From Candidatus Omnitrophota bacterium (GTDB lineage Bacteria; Ratteibacteria; UBA8468; MWAK01), in assembly GCA_043797665.1 (NCBI GenBank), contig JAZDPL010000074.1, forward strand, positions 1 to 24,885: a stretch of 24,885 nucleotides of DNA, read 5' to 3'. The first letter of the stretch is position 1, and the number at the start of each line of letters is the position of its first letter. This document shows positions 24,841-24,885 of the stretch, in pieces. Made by a program: the position numbers and the translations under genes. The notes under the pieces were generated by a model that saw nothing but the letters and a program-made list of their open reading frames with translations, did not search any database and had not been told where the DNA came from.

Positions 24841-24885
24841 CCTAATAGTAAATAAAATAGTATACAAGCGGAATATATGGAGTCC

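Overview
Bacterial window (host not assignable from sequence alone). The left part holds a two-gene IS (DUF6788-like ORF plus DDE transposase) and then core genes: a histone-deacetylase-family protein, uvrC, a DUF1844-like protein, a site-2 protease, tRNA-Arg(CCG), murJ and tRNA-Gln(CTG). From the tRNA-Gln 3' end (~7590) onward the window looks like a tandem array of cargo modules: a six-gene signalling cluster; an ANTAR-attenuated nitrogen module (carAB, GAF-ANTAR regulator, FMN glutamate-synthase-family gene, an unannotated 50-aa Cys-rich gene); VapBC; sodB; and a RelE-type TA pair. Modules are separated by three copies of a 134-180 bp repeat plus one short att-like site, all ending in a tRNA-Gln 3'-end core (TCCA-N4-TCCCAGC). 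The repeat encodes, on the minus strand, a conserved indel-free 27-aa peptide that in copy 1 is the in-frame C-terminus of a probable serine-recombinase remnant, and it also carries an internal copy of the tRNA 3' end. This is the best candidate for an undescribed system: a tRNA-anchored, integron-like gene-accretion array with a recombinase C-terminal tail swap. No intact recombinase is in the window, so the mechanism is inference. Also found: nested MITEs with target duplications, and an exact 29-bp dif-like inverted repeat 22 kb apart. All family assignments are by motif recognition, not database search.
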